Made by a program: the position numbers and the translations under genes. A model generated the notes under the pieces. It did not search any database. It was not told the DNA's origin and was given only the letters and a program-made list of their open reading frames with translations. This document shows positions 1 through 8,449 of a stretch of 64,000 nucleotides of DNA, in pieces. Positions within the stretch are counted from its first letter, which is position 1. Every line of letters starts with the position of its first letter. The DNA lies in the NCBI GenBank assembly GCA_963711735.1, contig CAVQFA010000003.1:210971-274970 (forward strand), read 5' to 3'. The stretch comes from Candidatus Gottesmanbacteria bacterium (GTDB taxonomy: Bacteria > Patescibacteriota > Microgenomatia > UBA10105 > UBA927).

Positions 1-347
1 CCCGTCGGTGTCCGTCCCCACTTTCCTGAGGAAATAAGGTAGTCATACACTTTATTATTGCCTTCAAACGCATATAACCGTTGGTTCGTAAGGTCAATTT
101 CAATACGCTTGTCCGCACGGTACGCACCTAGCACATCGGATGAGTATGCAAACGGCGGAGGATTATAAAGAGAGCTTATGGACCTGCCGTGAAACACCCC
201 GCTCACGCTTGAAGGATCATAGAGTCCCGTGAGTGTAGACGGATCTATGGGTTTTTGACCGGAAAATTGGTAGGGAAGGAAGATGATACCGACGTACATT
301 CCGAGACACAGAGATACGATGGCAAAAAAAAGTTTTTTTGCTGACAT
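1..347 (-). CDS. L,D-transpeptidase catalytic-domain protein (YkuD-like), 5' partial at window edge
   Basis: Reverse-strand translation from the ATG (complement of 345-347) gives MSAKKLFFAIVSLCLG...IEIDLTNQRLYAFEGNNKVYDYLISSGKWGRTPTG, an N-terminal signal/TM segment plus the conserved start of the YkuD L,D-transpeptidase domain. The ORF runs off the window edge. Confidence 0.5.
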   Translation of the reverse strand, partial: MSAKKLFFAIVSLCLGMYVGIIFLPYQFSGQKPIDPSTLTGLYDPSSVSGVFHGRSISSLYNPPPFAYSSDVLGAYRADKRIEIDLTNQRLYAFEGNNKVYDYLISSGKWGRTPT

Positions 348-459
348 AATACCAATGTAAAGGAATGCAATACGTTTGACAATTGGAAATATACAATGCT
401 GAATAATTGAGATTGGTGGCGTTATAAAATCATGATATAATTCGTTCGTTCATTGATAT

Positions 460-753
460 TCCCCTGTAGCTCAATGGTAGAGCGGCTTCCTGTCAAAATG
501 GCAGCGCTTAGCAGTAATGCTATGTGTAAAATCGGGCTAATTCGGGGAACTCCCGCACCAGACGGTGTAGGATTATCCCGAGCTAAATTCCGAAGCATGC
601 TGAGGATTAGTCCTGAGCAAAGCTGAAGGATAAATGTGTAGAGACTATATACCCGATCCGCCCTGGGCGGAATGAGATAGTCCGGACCATTCAGTAATGA
701 GTGGATTAACTGTAAGAAGAAGGTTGTAGGTTCGAATCCTACCGGGGGAGCCA
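460..753 (+). tRNA. tRNA-Asn (anticodon GUU) interrupted by a group I intron; exons ~460-493 and ~713-753 (CCA encoded)
   Basis: Cloverleaf read by hand. Acceptor stem tcccctg/cggggga (one G-U pair), D stem gctc/gagc, T arm gtagg-ttcgaat-cctac, variable loop aggtt. The anticodon loop reconstitutes as cu-GUU-aa only if ~219 nt between ctgt|...|taa are removed. The 5' exon resembles the E. coli tRNA-Asn 5' half. Confidence 0.7.
494..712 (+). ncRNA. group I self-splicing intron within tRNA-Asn anticodon loop (~219 nt, no ORF)
   Basis: The 5' exon ends in U, which pairs as U-G with an internal guide 'gcag' (~501-504) to form P1. The intron ends in omega-G (ctg|). It contains matches to the conserved group I R element (gtgtAGAGACUAtat, ~640-655) and S element (gAGAUAGUCCggacc, ~674-688) that form P7. 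Confidence 0.65.
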
Positions 754-801
754 TTTGGCACTTAGTATACCAAGTTTAGCCTCATTTAAAGATGAGAACT
801 T

Positions 802-1791
802 ATGATGAAAATTATTAAACCTACTAAACTTCAAAAAGGCGACACTGTAGGAGTTGTTGCAACCTCCTTTCCGTTCCCAAAAGACGAAACTAGCGATTAT
901 TTTCTCCAATATAAAAAAGGTGTTCGAGAATTGGAGAGTATGGGTTTTAAAGTTAAAGAAGGCAAGAATTTACGGAAATCAAAGTGGTGGTTTGCAGGTA
1001 CACCTGAAGAGAGAGCGTCAGACATCAACTTAATGTTTGCTGATCCTGAAATAAAAGCGATTATTGTTCATGACGGTGGGCAGTCTGCTATAGCGATATT
1101 AGAACACATTGATTATCAACTCGTTAAGGCAAATCCTAAACCATTCATTGGATTTAGCGATATAACAAATATTCACTGCGCCTTATTTACAAAAACGGGA
1201 TTAGTTGGATTCCATGGACCACTGTTAACTTATGGTTTAGGAAGGGTTTGGGAAAAATATCTACCTAATAAAATTAAGGAAGGAAAGGATCAACTTTTCA
1301 AAACACTTACCTCAAATGACATATTGGGAAAAATAAACCCACTTACTCAATGGGAATCTTGGAGAGATGGAACAGTTACGGGGCAACTTTTTGGTGGAAA
1401 TTTAAGCATGTTGTCTTCTTTGGTTGGCACTACATACTTTCCCAAGGTAGAAGATTTAAGAGGATCAGTATTGTTTTGGGAAACCGACAACACACCATCT
1501 TATCGTATTGAAAGAGGTTTGTATCAATTAAAATATGCAGGAATTTTGGATGTTATTTCAGGAATGCTGATTGGAAAATTGCCTGGAATTAAAAGAACGG
1601 CTTGGGAAGGATTAGAAGAACCAACGCCAAAGCAAATAGTTATGGAAATTTTGAAAAATTACAGTTTCCCGATATTAAGTGGGATTGATTTTGGTCACGA
1701 GACAGTTGATATCCCTATGCCAATTGGACTGGAAGCAAGAGTGGATTCAACGAATCTTAGTTTGGAAATATTAGAGTCTGCTGTTGTTTAA
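802..1791 (+). CDS. ldcA: LD-carboxypeptidase (peptidase S66, LdcA-like)
   Basis: 329 aa; GFSDITNIHCALF...HGPLL motif arrangement typical of S66 muramoyl-tetrapeptide carboxypeptidases. AT-rich codon usage. Confidence 0.65.
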   Translation: MMKIIKPTKLQKGDTVGVVATSFPFPKDETSDYFLQYKKGVRELESMGFKVKEGKNLRKSKWWFAGTPEERASDINLMFADPEIKAIIVHDGGQSAIAILEHIDYQLVKANPKPFIGFSDITNIHCALFTKTGLVGFHGPLLTYGLGRVWEKYLPNKIKEGKDQLFKTLTSNDILGKINPLTQWESWRDGTVTGQLFGGNLSMLSSLVGTTYFPKVEDLRGSVLFWETDNTPSYRIERGLYQLKYAGILDVISGMLIGKLPGIKRTAWEGLEEPTPKQIVMEILKNYSFPILSGIDFGHETVDIPMPIGLEARVDSTNLSLEILESAVV

Positions 1792-1936
1792 CTTTTTCTA
1801 TTTCCTCTCTGATTTGAGCTACAAGCATAAAGTCAGAGAAAGCCTTGATAATACAAGCTAATTGCGTGGTTATATTAGAGTTGCGATCCTCGAGCTAGAA
1901 TTTTTTAGCCTCAAATTTCGTCATTTTTTCCGTGAC

Positions 1937-1957
1937 CACGGATGGACAATCGAACCT
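1937..1957 (+). repeat. 21-nt 'motif B' copy 1 (cacggatggacaatcgaacct)
   Basis: Shares cacggatggacNNtcgaacct with 4052-4073. Contains a T-loop-like GGTTCGAAC / TCGAACC segment with loose similarity to the tRNA-Asn 3' half. Confidence 0.4.
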
Positions 1958-1992
1958 GACCGGTTGTAACAAGGCTATAGCGGTGATACCAT

Positions 1993-2304
1993 ATGAATAT
2001 GGATTCATATAGTTGTTGTACACCGGCGAAACAGGAATTTAATCATGTGACTTCGTTATCGTCACTTTTAAAGCTCGTGGGAGAGGCAAGTAGATTGAAA
2101 ATCCTCTGTATTCTTCGACAGGGCCAGCATTGTGTATGCGAAATAGAAAAACATGTTGACCAGTCACAAAGTTTAATCTCACATCACTTAAAGGATTTAA
2201 AAGGAGCAGAGCTGGTGATCGATGAAAAGAAGGGGTTGTGGGCTTACTATTCATTAACTGATAAAGGTAAAGAAATTACCGATATTTTGTTTCAAATCAA
2301 ATAA
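1993..2304 (+). CDS. arsR: ArsR/SmtB-family metalloregulatory transcriptional repressor
   Basis: 103 aa wHTH; LKILCILRQGQHCVCEIEKHV...SHHLKDLKGAELV; the Cys pair sits in the metal-sensing position. Confidence 0.7.
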   Translation: MNMDSYSCCTPAKQEFNHVTSLSSLLKLVGEASRLKILCILRQGQHCVCEIEKHVDQSQSLISHHLKDLKGAELVIDEKKGLWAYYSLTDKGKEITDILFQIK

Positions 2305-2307
2305 CGT

Positions 2308-2994
2308 ATGCAGAAATTATTAATAGAGTGGAAATACTTTGATAAAGGTGGTGTGACTTGTAAACGCTGCTCTCAGACCGGGAGCAACTTGGGTGATGTC
2401 ATAAAACAAGTCAAAAATGAGTACGCCTCAAAAGGAATTGAGATTGAGTATAAAGAAACCAAACTTCCCGAAAGTCGGATGTCAGAATCCAATCGGGTGA
2501 TTATTAACGGGAAGCTTCTTGAAAACTTAATTCCTGATGCTCAGGTTGGAGAAAACCATTGTGATTCCTGTTCAGATTTAATAGATGATCCATCAGGATG
2601 CAACTGCCGGACAGTCAAACTGGGCGACGATATATATGAAGCAATTCCCGCTGAACTTATACGTCAAGCTATTACTAATTCATTAAATACAGAACGGAAA
2701 ACTATGAATATCCAAGTCTTAGGTTCAGGTTGTGCAACATGCAAGAAGTTATATGAACTCACTCAAGAAGCGGTAAAACAACTCAAACTCGATGAGAAAG
2801 TGGAGTATATTACCGATGTTTCCAAGATTGTAGAAATGGGTGTAATGTCCAGTCCAGTTCTAGCTATTAATGGACAACCTGTAATGGTTGGATTCGTCCC
2901 TGATGTAGAAAAGATAAAGAGTCTTTTGACAACGGAAGCTAAAGCTCCTGAAGTTAAAAAATCAGAATGCAGCTGTGGAGGTGGTTGTTGCTAA
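2308..2994 (+). CDS. DUF2703-like N-domain fused to thioredoxin-fold 'redox-active disulfide protein 2' domain
   Basis: N-terminal CxxC (VTCKRCSQ) DUF2703-like region. C-terminal segment LGSGCATCKK...SSPVLAINGQPVMVG matches the small thioredoxin-like family often found in ars operons. Confidence 0.5.
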   Translation: MQKLLIEWKYFDKGGVTCKRCSQTGSNLGDVIKQVKNEYASKGIEIEYKETKLPESRMSESNRVIINGKLLENLIPDAQVGENHCDSCSDLIDDPSGCNCRTVKLGDDIYEAIPAELIRQAITNSLNTERKTMNIQVLGSGCATCKKLYELTQEAVKQLKLDEKVEYITDVSKIVEMGVMSSPVLAINGQPVMVGFVPDVEKIKSLLTTEAKAPEVKKSECSCGGGCC

Positions 2995-2995
2995 T

Positions 2996-3976
2996 ATGGA
3001 CATATTCTTTCCCGTTCAACAGCTCGCTGACCAAGTAACCTACGGATTACTTAATATAGATAAGACAAGCTACTTAGGGAGTGCGGTTAACTTCTTTATT
3101 TACGATTCAATCAAGATCGGAATATTGCTTGTCGTCATCAACTATGTGATGGCGATAACCCGATATTACTTTCCGATGGAGAAAGTCAGGGATTTGCTTA
3201 CGAAACGAAGATGGTTCGGTTTGGATTACCTGTTTGCCGCACTCCTCGGGGTTATCACGCCGTTTTGTTCCTGTTCTTCAATTCCCTTGTTTATCGGATT
3301 CCTGAGTGCCGGTATTCCTCTGGGGATAACATTCGCATTTCTTATCAGCTCACCGCTTATCAATGAATCATCACTTTTTCTGTTTCCGGCAATGTTCGGA
3401 ATGAAAATTACGATTCTCTACAATCTGGTGGGAATCGGCGTGAGCATCCTGGGTGGGATGTTGATTCAGCGATTAGGCATGGAAAAGTATGTTGAGTCGT
3501 CACTTTTGCAGTTTAAAAATAGACGGCAGATTATAGCAGAACAGGGTGGTAATGAACCGTTACTCAAAGAGCGATTAAAACTATGGTGGGAGGATGGAAT
3601 GGGTATTACTAAGAAAGTCTATCCATACGTTTTACTTGGTGTTGGTGTAGGAGCCATCATACATGGTTTTGTCCCGCAATCACTGATTGAACAATATCTC
3701 GGTATGCGTACCTGGTGGTCAGTGCCTGTTGCAACACTTCTGGGAGTGCCACTTTATGCTAATTCAGTGAGCGTTATCCCTGTCATGCAAGCCTTAGTCG
3801 GAAAAGGAGTGCCAATTGGAACCGCCCTGGCTTTTATGACGGCAACCGTAACTCTTTCTATTCCTGAAGCTCTTATTCTAAAAAAGGCGATGAAATTTCC
3901 ATTGATGCTAACATTTTTCGGAATAACGACTGTCGGAATCATGATAATGGGATATATATTTAATTGGATGTATTAA
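2996..3976 (+). CDS. arsP: DUF318/ArsP-family permease (putative organoarsenical efflux permease)
   Basis: Polytopic membrane protein with TPFCSCSSIP, the hallmark TPFcSCS motif of ArsP. The start is probably the ATG 1 nt after the upstream stop; the ORF track starts it at 2975. Confidence 0.6.
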   Translation: MDIFFPVQQLADQVTYGLLNIDKTSYLGSAVNFFIYDSIKIGILLVVINYVMAITRYYFPMEKVRDLLTKRRWFGLDYLFAALLGVITPFCSCSSIPLFIGFLSAGIPLGITFAFLISSPLINESSLFLFPAMFGMKITILYNLVGIGVSILGGMLIQRLGMEKYVESSLLQFKNRRQIIAEQGGNEPLLKERLKLWWEDGMGITKKVYPYVLLGVGVGAIIHGFVPQSLIEQYLGMRTWWSVPVATLLGVPLYANSVSVIPVMQALVGKGVPIGTALAFMTATVTLSIPEALILKKAMKFPLMLTFFGITTVGIMIMGYIFNWMY

Positions 3977-3992
3977 ATAATAGCTTGGTAAT

Positions 3993-4021
3993 AGGCTCTA
4001 ACGTTGTACATCCCGCGGAGC
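3993..4021 (+). repeat. 29-nt intergenic repeat family 'motif A' (AGGCTCTAACGTYGTMCATCCCKYGGAGC), copy 1
   Basis: Near-identical copies at 3993-4021, 4943-4971 and 6261-6289, a partial at ~9582-9602, and a degenerate tail at ~1883-1895. Each lies just 3' of a plus-strand gene. Confidence 0.6.
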
Positions 4022-4051
4022 AAGTTATTCTGACGATCTAAACTTCAGTAG

Positions 4052-4073
4052 CACGGATGGACGGTTCGAACCT
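4052..4073 (+). repeat. 'motif B' copy 2 (cacggatggacggttcgaacct)
   Basis: Lies 31 nt after motif A copy 1. The 8-nt core gtacatcc in motif A is nearly complementary to ggatggac in motif B. Confidence 0.4.
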
Positions 4074-4156
4074 ATACCATACTTTATTCGTTTTTCTTCA
4101 AAACCTCGATTTATATACTTATAAATAATATACTTATACTTAGATAAAAGGAATTT

Positions 4157-4951
4157 ATGGATATTAATAGTATTATTGATAGTGCAAAAAAACAGGTGGA
4201 TACTGTTAAAAATCAGGAAGTTAATCCTGATAAAACAGCTAGTTTTATTAAATCAGGAGCATCAATTATTTCTGGCTACGGCATTTTGAAGACAATTCGG
4301 TTTTCTGTAATCGCAATTATTGTTTTAATAATATTTATATATAAAGGGCTTCCAATATATATTGGTGGAGGGGCCATTTTGTTTTTATTAGTATTTTCTG
4401 CTCTTCAGTTAATCTCTTTCAAAAGAATACGTTCAGTAAGCCTAGATGAGAAAACAAACACACGCAATCCTATTACCATTGGAACTGATGAAAAGGTAAT
4501 AAACTATATTGTTGGAATTATGAGATCCGGTTTAGGTTTAAGAGGTGTTGAGATTTTGGGTGCCGGAAAGATTAATAATCCAGAAAACGCAATACTTATT
4601 ACAGACAATCAGGTAATTTTTATTGTTGTTCCTGTAGAAGGAGCTGATAAATTAATTTCAGGGACAGATATTGCTATGTGGCAATGGTTGTTATCTAAAA
4701 ATAATATTGAGGAGAAATTAAAGAATCTACTCGCATCAAATTCCTTATCACAAATTGTAAATATGCATCAGGGAAATTTTTCTATGCCCCTAAATCAGCT
4801 AAATGTTAAAATAGGAAGCGGGATTACTCAATCAATTTGTTTTTCTTCGGGAGATAAGAAAGTCTGTTATTCGGTTCGAGATAAAAACGACCTAGAAAAA
4901 GCGAAAATGATATTCACTAATTATTTAGTCAATAAATTAAATAGGCTCTAA
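4157..4951 (+). CDS. hypothetical membrane protein (TM hairpin plus soluble domain), very AT-rich
   Basis: 264-aa ORF preceded by aaaggaa RBS. Two adjacent TM helices (aa ~50-90). No family recognised. Confidence 0.45.
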   Translation: MDINSIIDSAKKQVDTVKNQEVNPDKTASFIKSGASIISGYGILKTIRFSVIAIIVLIIFIYKGLPIYIGGGAILFLLVFSALQLISFKRIRSVSLDEKTNTRNPITIGTDEKVINYIVGIMRSGLGLRGVEILGAGKINNPENAILITDNQVIFIVVPVEGADKLISGTDIAMWQWLLSKNNIEEKLKNLLASNSLSQIVNMHQGNFSMPLNQLNVKIGSGITQSICFSSGDKKVCYSVRDKNDLEKAKMIFTNYLVNKLNRL

Positions 4952-4971
4952 CGTCGTCCATCCCTCGGAGC
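4943..4971 (+). repeat. motif A copy 2 (contains the stop codon of the 4157-4951 gene)
   Basis: aggctctaacgtcgtccatccctcggagc; the upstream CDS ends ...agg ctc taa inside the repeat. Confidence 0.6.
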
Positions 4972-4977
4972 TTAAAT

Positions 4978-5736
4978 TTACGTTGTAATAGGACGGGCTT
5001 TTTCCCACTGACCTTCGAAGTATTCTGATAATGCCCTGGAAAGATTACGACTGTGAATTTTTAGGGCGACACGGTTTTCGGGATTTTTGGTATCACTTAC
5101 AGACAGCAGTGCTGTGTTTTCATCAGCAACAACGATGTGGAATCCTTCCCCTTGACTATGGCGTACTTCAAGTCCCATACGTATCCACCGGCTTAAGATA
5201 GCTTTATTCGTTTCGTCATATTTGTGAACGATAAACCTGATCCGGACACCACGCTCGATACAATCACGATTGACAAGAAGGGTTTCTTCCGGAACGGCTT
5301 CACCAAGAGAAATGATCAGAATCTCAGTCTTGGCAGACTCGGCAAGTGACACATACACGCGAAATAGGTCATCCTTGCCGCCCAATAGGTCTATTCGAGT
5401 GTCATCGATTTTCGGTTCAGAGGGTAACTCTGTAAGAATTTCTGACTTGATACTCTCCAGCTCGGCAATTCTATTTTTGACAAACGACGTAAATGCTATT
5501 GATGGGGAGACAGCGGCAAACGCTTTCGGACGGTTTACCGTAAGGGTAATCAGATGCTCTTTTTTTAATTTCTCAAGAATGCGGTAAAGGGCGTTCGGGT
5601 ATACCCTCATCATGTCTGACAGGGTGCGGACGGAGAGAGGACCTTTTTTCAGCAAAGCGAGATAAGCCTGGGTTTCCTGCGGTGACAATCCCAAGCTGAT
5701 AAGGCGTTCTTTTGAAACGCGACTGTATATGTCCAT
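4978..5736 (-). CDS. TrmB-family transcriptional regulator
   Basis: 252 aa; N-terminal wHTH LSPQETQAYLALLKKGPLSVRTLSDMMRVYPNALYRILEKL typical of TrmB sugar-responsive regulators. Confidence 0.65.
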   Translation of the reverse strand: MDIYSRVSKERLISLGLSPQETQAYLALLKKGPLSVRTLSDMMRVYPNALYRILEKLKKEHLITLTVNRPKAFAAVSPSIAFTSFVKNRIAELESIKSEILTELPSEPKIDDTRIDLLGGKDDLFRVYVSLAESAKTEILIISLGEAVPEETLLVNRDCIERGVRIRFIVHKYDETNKAILSRWIRMGLEVRHSQGEGFHIVVADENTALLSVSDTKNPENRVALKIHSRNLSRALSEYFEGQWEKARPITT

Positions 5737-5743
5737 TCACCAT

Positions 5744-5764
5744 ATTTTAACATATAAATGTTAA
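5744..5764 (-). promoter_or_regulatory. extended -10 (TATATGTTAAAAT, read on minus strand) 7 nt upstream of TrmB ATG, overlapping the 7-4-7 palindrome TTAACAT-N4-ATGTTAA: leaderless promoter plus candidate operator
   Basis: Palindrome ttaacatataaatgttaa at 5747-5764 in the divergent region. The same 13-nt TATATGTTAAAAT block precedes the 9622-9840 gene at the same 7-nt spacing. Confidence 0.35.
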
Positions 5765-5796
5765 AAATGCATCCGTCTTGGTATAATCGTCTCCAT

Positions 5797-6222
5797 ATGA
5801 CAGAACAAGACCGATCACTCACGCCTGTACAAAGGCTATACATCCAGCGTGAAGATGCTGTTTCAAAGTTAGAGGCAGGTGATGGAGAAGTATTTAATGC
5901 ATATCTAGCCGATTTAACCCTGGAGCTTAACAAAGAGATGCGGTTGGTATCCGGTCCAGAAGGCGGTAATGTAGAAGCAGCCTGGTTAGTCTCATACAGC
6001 ACATCGACGTTAGCAGCTTTATATCTTGCAGATACGCGTACCGCACTGGAACGGGGTGTTACTCCAATCTGGCTTGATCTGGCGGCCGTTAATTTCATGA
6101 TCATGGATGACTATCGGGGGTTTCAGGTTCTTTTCGATGGATATCTTGAGCTGAAGAAAGAGGCAAATGAAAAGGGTATAAGGGGAATCGACACGATGAA
6201 ATTTCTGCCTATAGCGAAGTAG
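5797..6222 (+). CDS. hypothetical protein (start uncertain; ORF track starts at 5758)
   Basis: Protein-like composition versus an R/S-rich antisense ORF. TATAAT at 5782-5787 lies 9 nt before the ATG at 5797. Confidence 0.35.
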   Translation: MTEQDRSLTPVQRLYIQREDAVSKLEAGDGEVFNAYLADLTLELNKEMRLVSGPEGGNVEAAWLVSYSTSTLAALYLADTRTALERGVTPIWLDLAAVNFMIMDDYRGFQVLFDGYLELKKEANEKGIRGIDTMKFLPIAK

Positions 6223-6260
6223 ACAGGTGAAAGCAGAGAGTCAAGGACCGGTGAAGAAGT

Positions 6261-6289
6261 AGGCTCTAACGTCGTACATCCCGTGGAGC
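6261..6289 (+). repeat. motif A copy 3
   Basis: aggctctaacgtcgtacatcccgtggagc, 39 nt after the stop of the 5797-6222 gene. Confidence 0.6.
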
Positions 6290-6309
6290 AAGTTTGATAT
6301 AATATACAA

Positions 6310-6741
6310 ATGAAATCCAAATCTTTAATTGTTTTGGTAATTCTTGTAGCAGGAGGATTGGGTTATTATCTATTCTCTTCAAAGAAGCCGGTGAATACAC
6401 CAATTCCTTTGCCTTCTGTTACACCCGTCCCAACAATTGGGGAAATTGTTTCACCAACTACTTATCCTGATACCAAATCTGCAATTCAGGAAATTCTGGC
6501 GGAAAAATATAAAAGACCCATATCTGAAGTGAATGTTACAGTCGGGAAAGAACAACCAGGGTATGCCGCAGGCAGTGTTTTGTTCGGGAATGGCGGACCG
6601 AGTGAAGGCGGTATGTGGCTGGCTGTTTCAGGTAATGGATGGCAGGTCGTTTGGGACGGTAATGGGAACGTTGACTGCAATAAAATGCGTCAGGAATATG
6701 GTTTTCCGGATACCATTCTCAAGCCGGACTTTTGTAATTAA
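6310..6741 (+). CDS. hypothetical secreted/membrane-anchored small protein
   Basis: 143 aa with N-terminal signal-anchor. TGaTATAAT extended -10 ends 6 nt before the ATG, indicating a leaderless transcript. Confidence 0.45.
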   Translation: MKSKSLIVLVILVAGGLGYYLFSSKKPVNTPIPLPSVTPVPTIGEIVSPTTYPDTKSAIQEILAEKYKRPISEVNVTVGKEQPGYAAGSVLFGNGGPSEGGMWLAVSGNGWQVVWDGNGNVDCNKMRQEYGFPDTILKPDFCN

Positions 6742-6795
6742 TTGCCGGTACAAAAATCATTCCGCCCTGCGGGCAAAATTTAGTATAATCTGGAT

Positions 6796-7101
6796 ATGTC
6801 TAGGAATCCCATTATAAATGCCCTCAGCGCGTCAGCATACATATTCCTCGGTGTCACGGTTATGACCTTCGTGACACAGCCTTTAAGGAACAAACCTGAC
6901 ACTTTTTTTGCTCCGATCGCAGTTCTATCGCTTTTGACATTGTCCGTTGCAGTAATGGCATTTCTGTTTTTTTATCAACCGATGCTGCTTTTTATTGAAG
7001 GGAAGAAGAAAGACGCGGTAAACCTATTTGTTAAAACCGTCGGCATCTTCGCAGCTCTTACAGCTGTGGTTTTGATTCTGCTTTTTTCCGGTATAATCTA
7101 G
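6796..7101 (+). CDS. small integral membrane protein (3 TM)
   Basis: 101-aa ORF, hydrophobic helices. Confidence 0.3.
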   Translation: MSRNPIINALSASAYIFLGVTVMTFVTQPLRNKPDTFFAPIAVLSLLTLSVAVMAFLFFYQPMLLFIEGKKKDAVNLFVKTVGIFAALTAVVLILLFSGII

Positions 7102-7174
7102 ATTTAGAGTTATTTGTCAGACCCATTCGTTAATAGGTTATATAATCGTATACACTGCACCGGTATGATCCTTT

Positions 7175-8407
7175 ATGTTTTCAGTTAAAAAAATTTCAGT
7201 AATAATTTCCATCCTTTTTTTTACCGTTTTCTTGTTTTCAGCATCTACTATAGTTCAGGCACAGGAAAAGCGCGATAAAACAGTTGTTGCGGTATTTGTC
7301 CGAGAAGGATGTACCCACTGCAAAAGTGAGGAAGAATTTTTGACAAATCTTTCAAACAGACTCAGGACCTTTACTCCGGAATTTCACCGTTTAGAAAATC
7401 CGGATGATCATACGCTGTGGGTTGACCTCACAACCACTCTTCAAATTGCAAAAGTCACTCCGATTACGGTTATCGGAAACACGTATCTCGTAGGTTTTGA
7501 CGATGCAAAAACTACGGGGAATGACATTATAAAGCTCATTTCCGAAGCACAAAAATCCGGAATCCAGACAGATTTGAAAAGTACTCATTTGAAAGAAGCA
7601 GGACAACAAAGCAGTGTCTGTCCGGAAGACGGAAGTGTTCCGTGTGTCGTAAATCCAAAACCCTCGTATATCGTATCGCTCCCGATACTGGGAAAAGTCG
7701 ATTCGGGAAAATATCCCCTGTTTATTCTCTCGGCAATGCTCGGGTTTTTTGACGGATTTAACCCCTGCGCCATGTGGGTACTTGTCACGTTCCTCATTAT
7801 ATTAATCGAAATCGGAAACCGTAAAAAAATGATTATCTTTGCAGGAACATTTATCCTGGCAGAAGCGCTGATGTATACCCTTATTCTGACCGTCTGGTAT
7901 AAAACCTGGGATTTTGTCAGGCTGGATACGCTCGTTACCCCGGTTGTAGGAATAGTCTCAATCATCGGCGGGTTATTTTTCCTGAGAGAATGGCATAAAA
8001 AGGAGCTCGTCTGCAAAGTGACCGATGTTAAGGAGCGGTCCCGGACAACCCAGAAAATACAACAACTGGCAACCGGCAAGTTTACCGTCATAACATTTAT
8101 AGGGATTCTGGGAATTGCCTTTTCCGTTAACATCATTGAGTTTGCGTGCTCCATCGGGATTCCCCAGGCTTTCACCAAGATACTGCAGCTGAATAATCTT
8201 CCGCTTCCGCAATGGCTGTTGATGATTGCCACATATATTTTCTTTTACATGATCGATGATTTGATAGTGTTTGGTTTGGCGTTATGGGGCGCTGATCACC
8301 TCGGGCTCACTACGAAATACAGCAAACTGTCCAATCTGGCAGGAGGCATTGTTATGGTCATTCTTGGAATACTTCTCATTTTTAGATCGCAGCTGTTGTT
8401 ATTCTGA
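7175..8407 (+). CDS. thioredoxin/glutaredoxin-like domain fused to CcdA/DsbD-type transmembrane thiol-disulfide transporter
   Basis: Signal peptide, then CTHCK (CxxC) thioredoxin-fold segment. The membrane domain carries the conserved Cys pair (FNPCAMW ... FACSIGIP) of CcdA/DsbD-family proteins. Confidence 0.55.
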   Translation: MFSVKKISVIISILFFTVFLFSASTIVQAQEKRDKTVVAVFVREGCTHCKSEEEFLTNLSNRLRTFTPEFHRLENPDDHTLWVDLTTTLQIAKVTPITVIGNTYLVGFDDAKTTGNDIIKLISEAQKSGIQTDLKSTHLKEAGQQSSVCPEDGSVPCVVNPKPSYIVSLPILGKVDSGKYPLFILSAMLGFFDGFNPCAMWVLVTFLIILIEIGNRKKMIIFAGTFILAEALMYTLILTVWYKTWDFVRLDTLVTPVVGIVSIIGGLFFLREWHKKELVCKVTDVKERSRTTQKIQQLATGKFTVITFIGILGIAFSVNIIEFACSIGIPQAFTKILQLNNLPLPQWLLMIATYIFFYMIDDLIVFGLALWGADHLGLTTKYSKLSNLAGGIVMVILGILLIFRSQLLLF

Positions 8408-8449
8408 AGGCGGGGAGACATTTTTTGGTATGATAGAAATGAGGCGAAA

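Noticed and set aside
422-754. 110-aa minus-strand ORF from the track
   Set aside because: It lies entirely inside the tRNA-Asn exons and group I intron; structured RNA explains the open frame.
1937-4073. Motif B copies as tRNA pseudogene fragments / attR scars
   Set aside because: Only the 8-9-nt T-loop-like core resembles tRNA-Asn. No stem partners or acceptor duplication were found, and no integrase is present. Kept only as an unexplained repeat.
5649-6104. 151-aa minus-strand ORF antisense to the 5797-6222 gene
   Set aside because: It has the Arg/Ser-rich composition typical of antisense frames and no RBS or promoter. The sense ORF has promoter context.
7585-8232. 215-aa minus-strand ORF inside the thioredoxin-CcdA gene
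   Set aside because: It is antisense to a well-supported membrane-protein CDS and has no motif.
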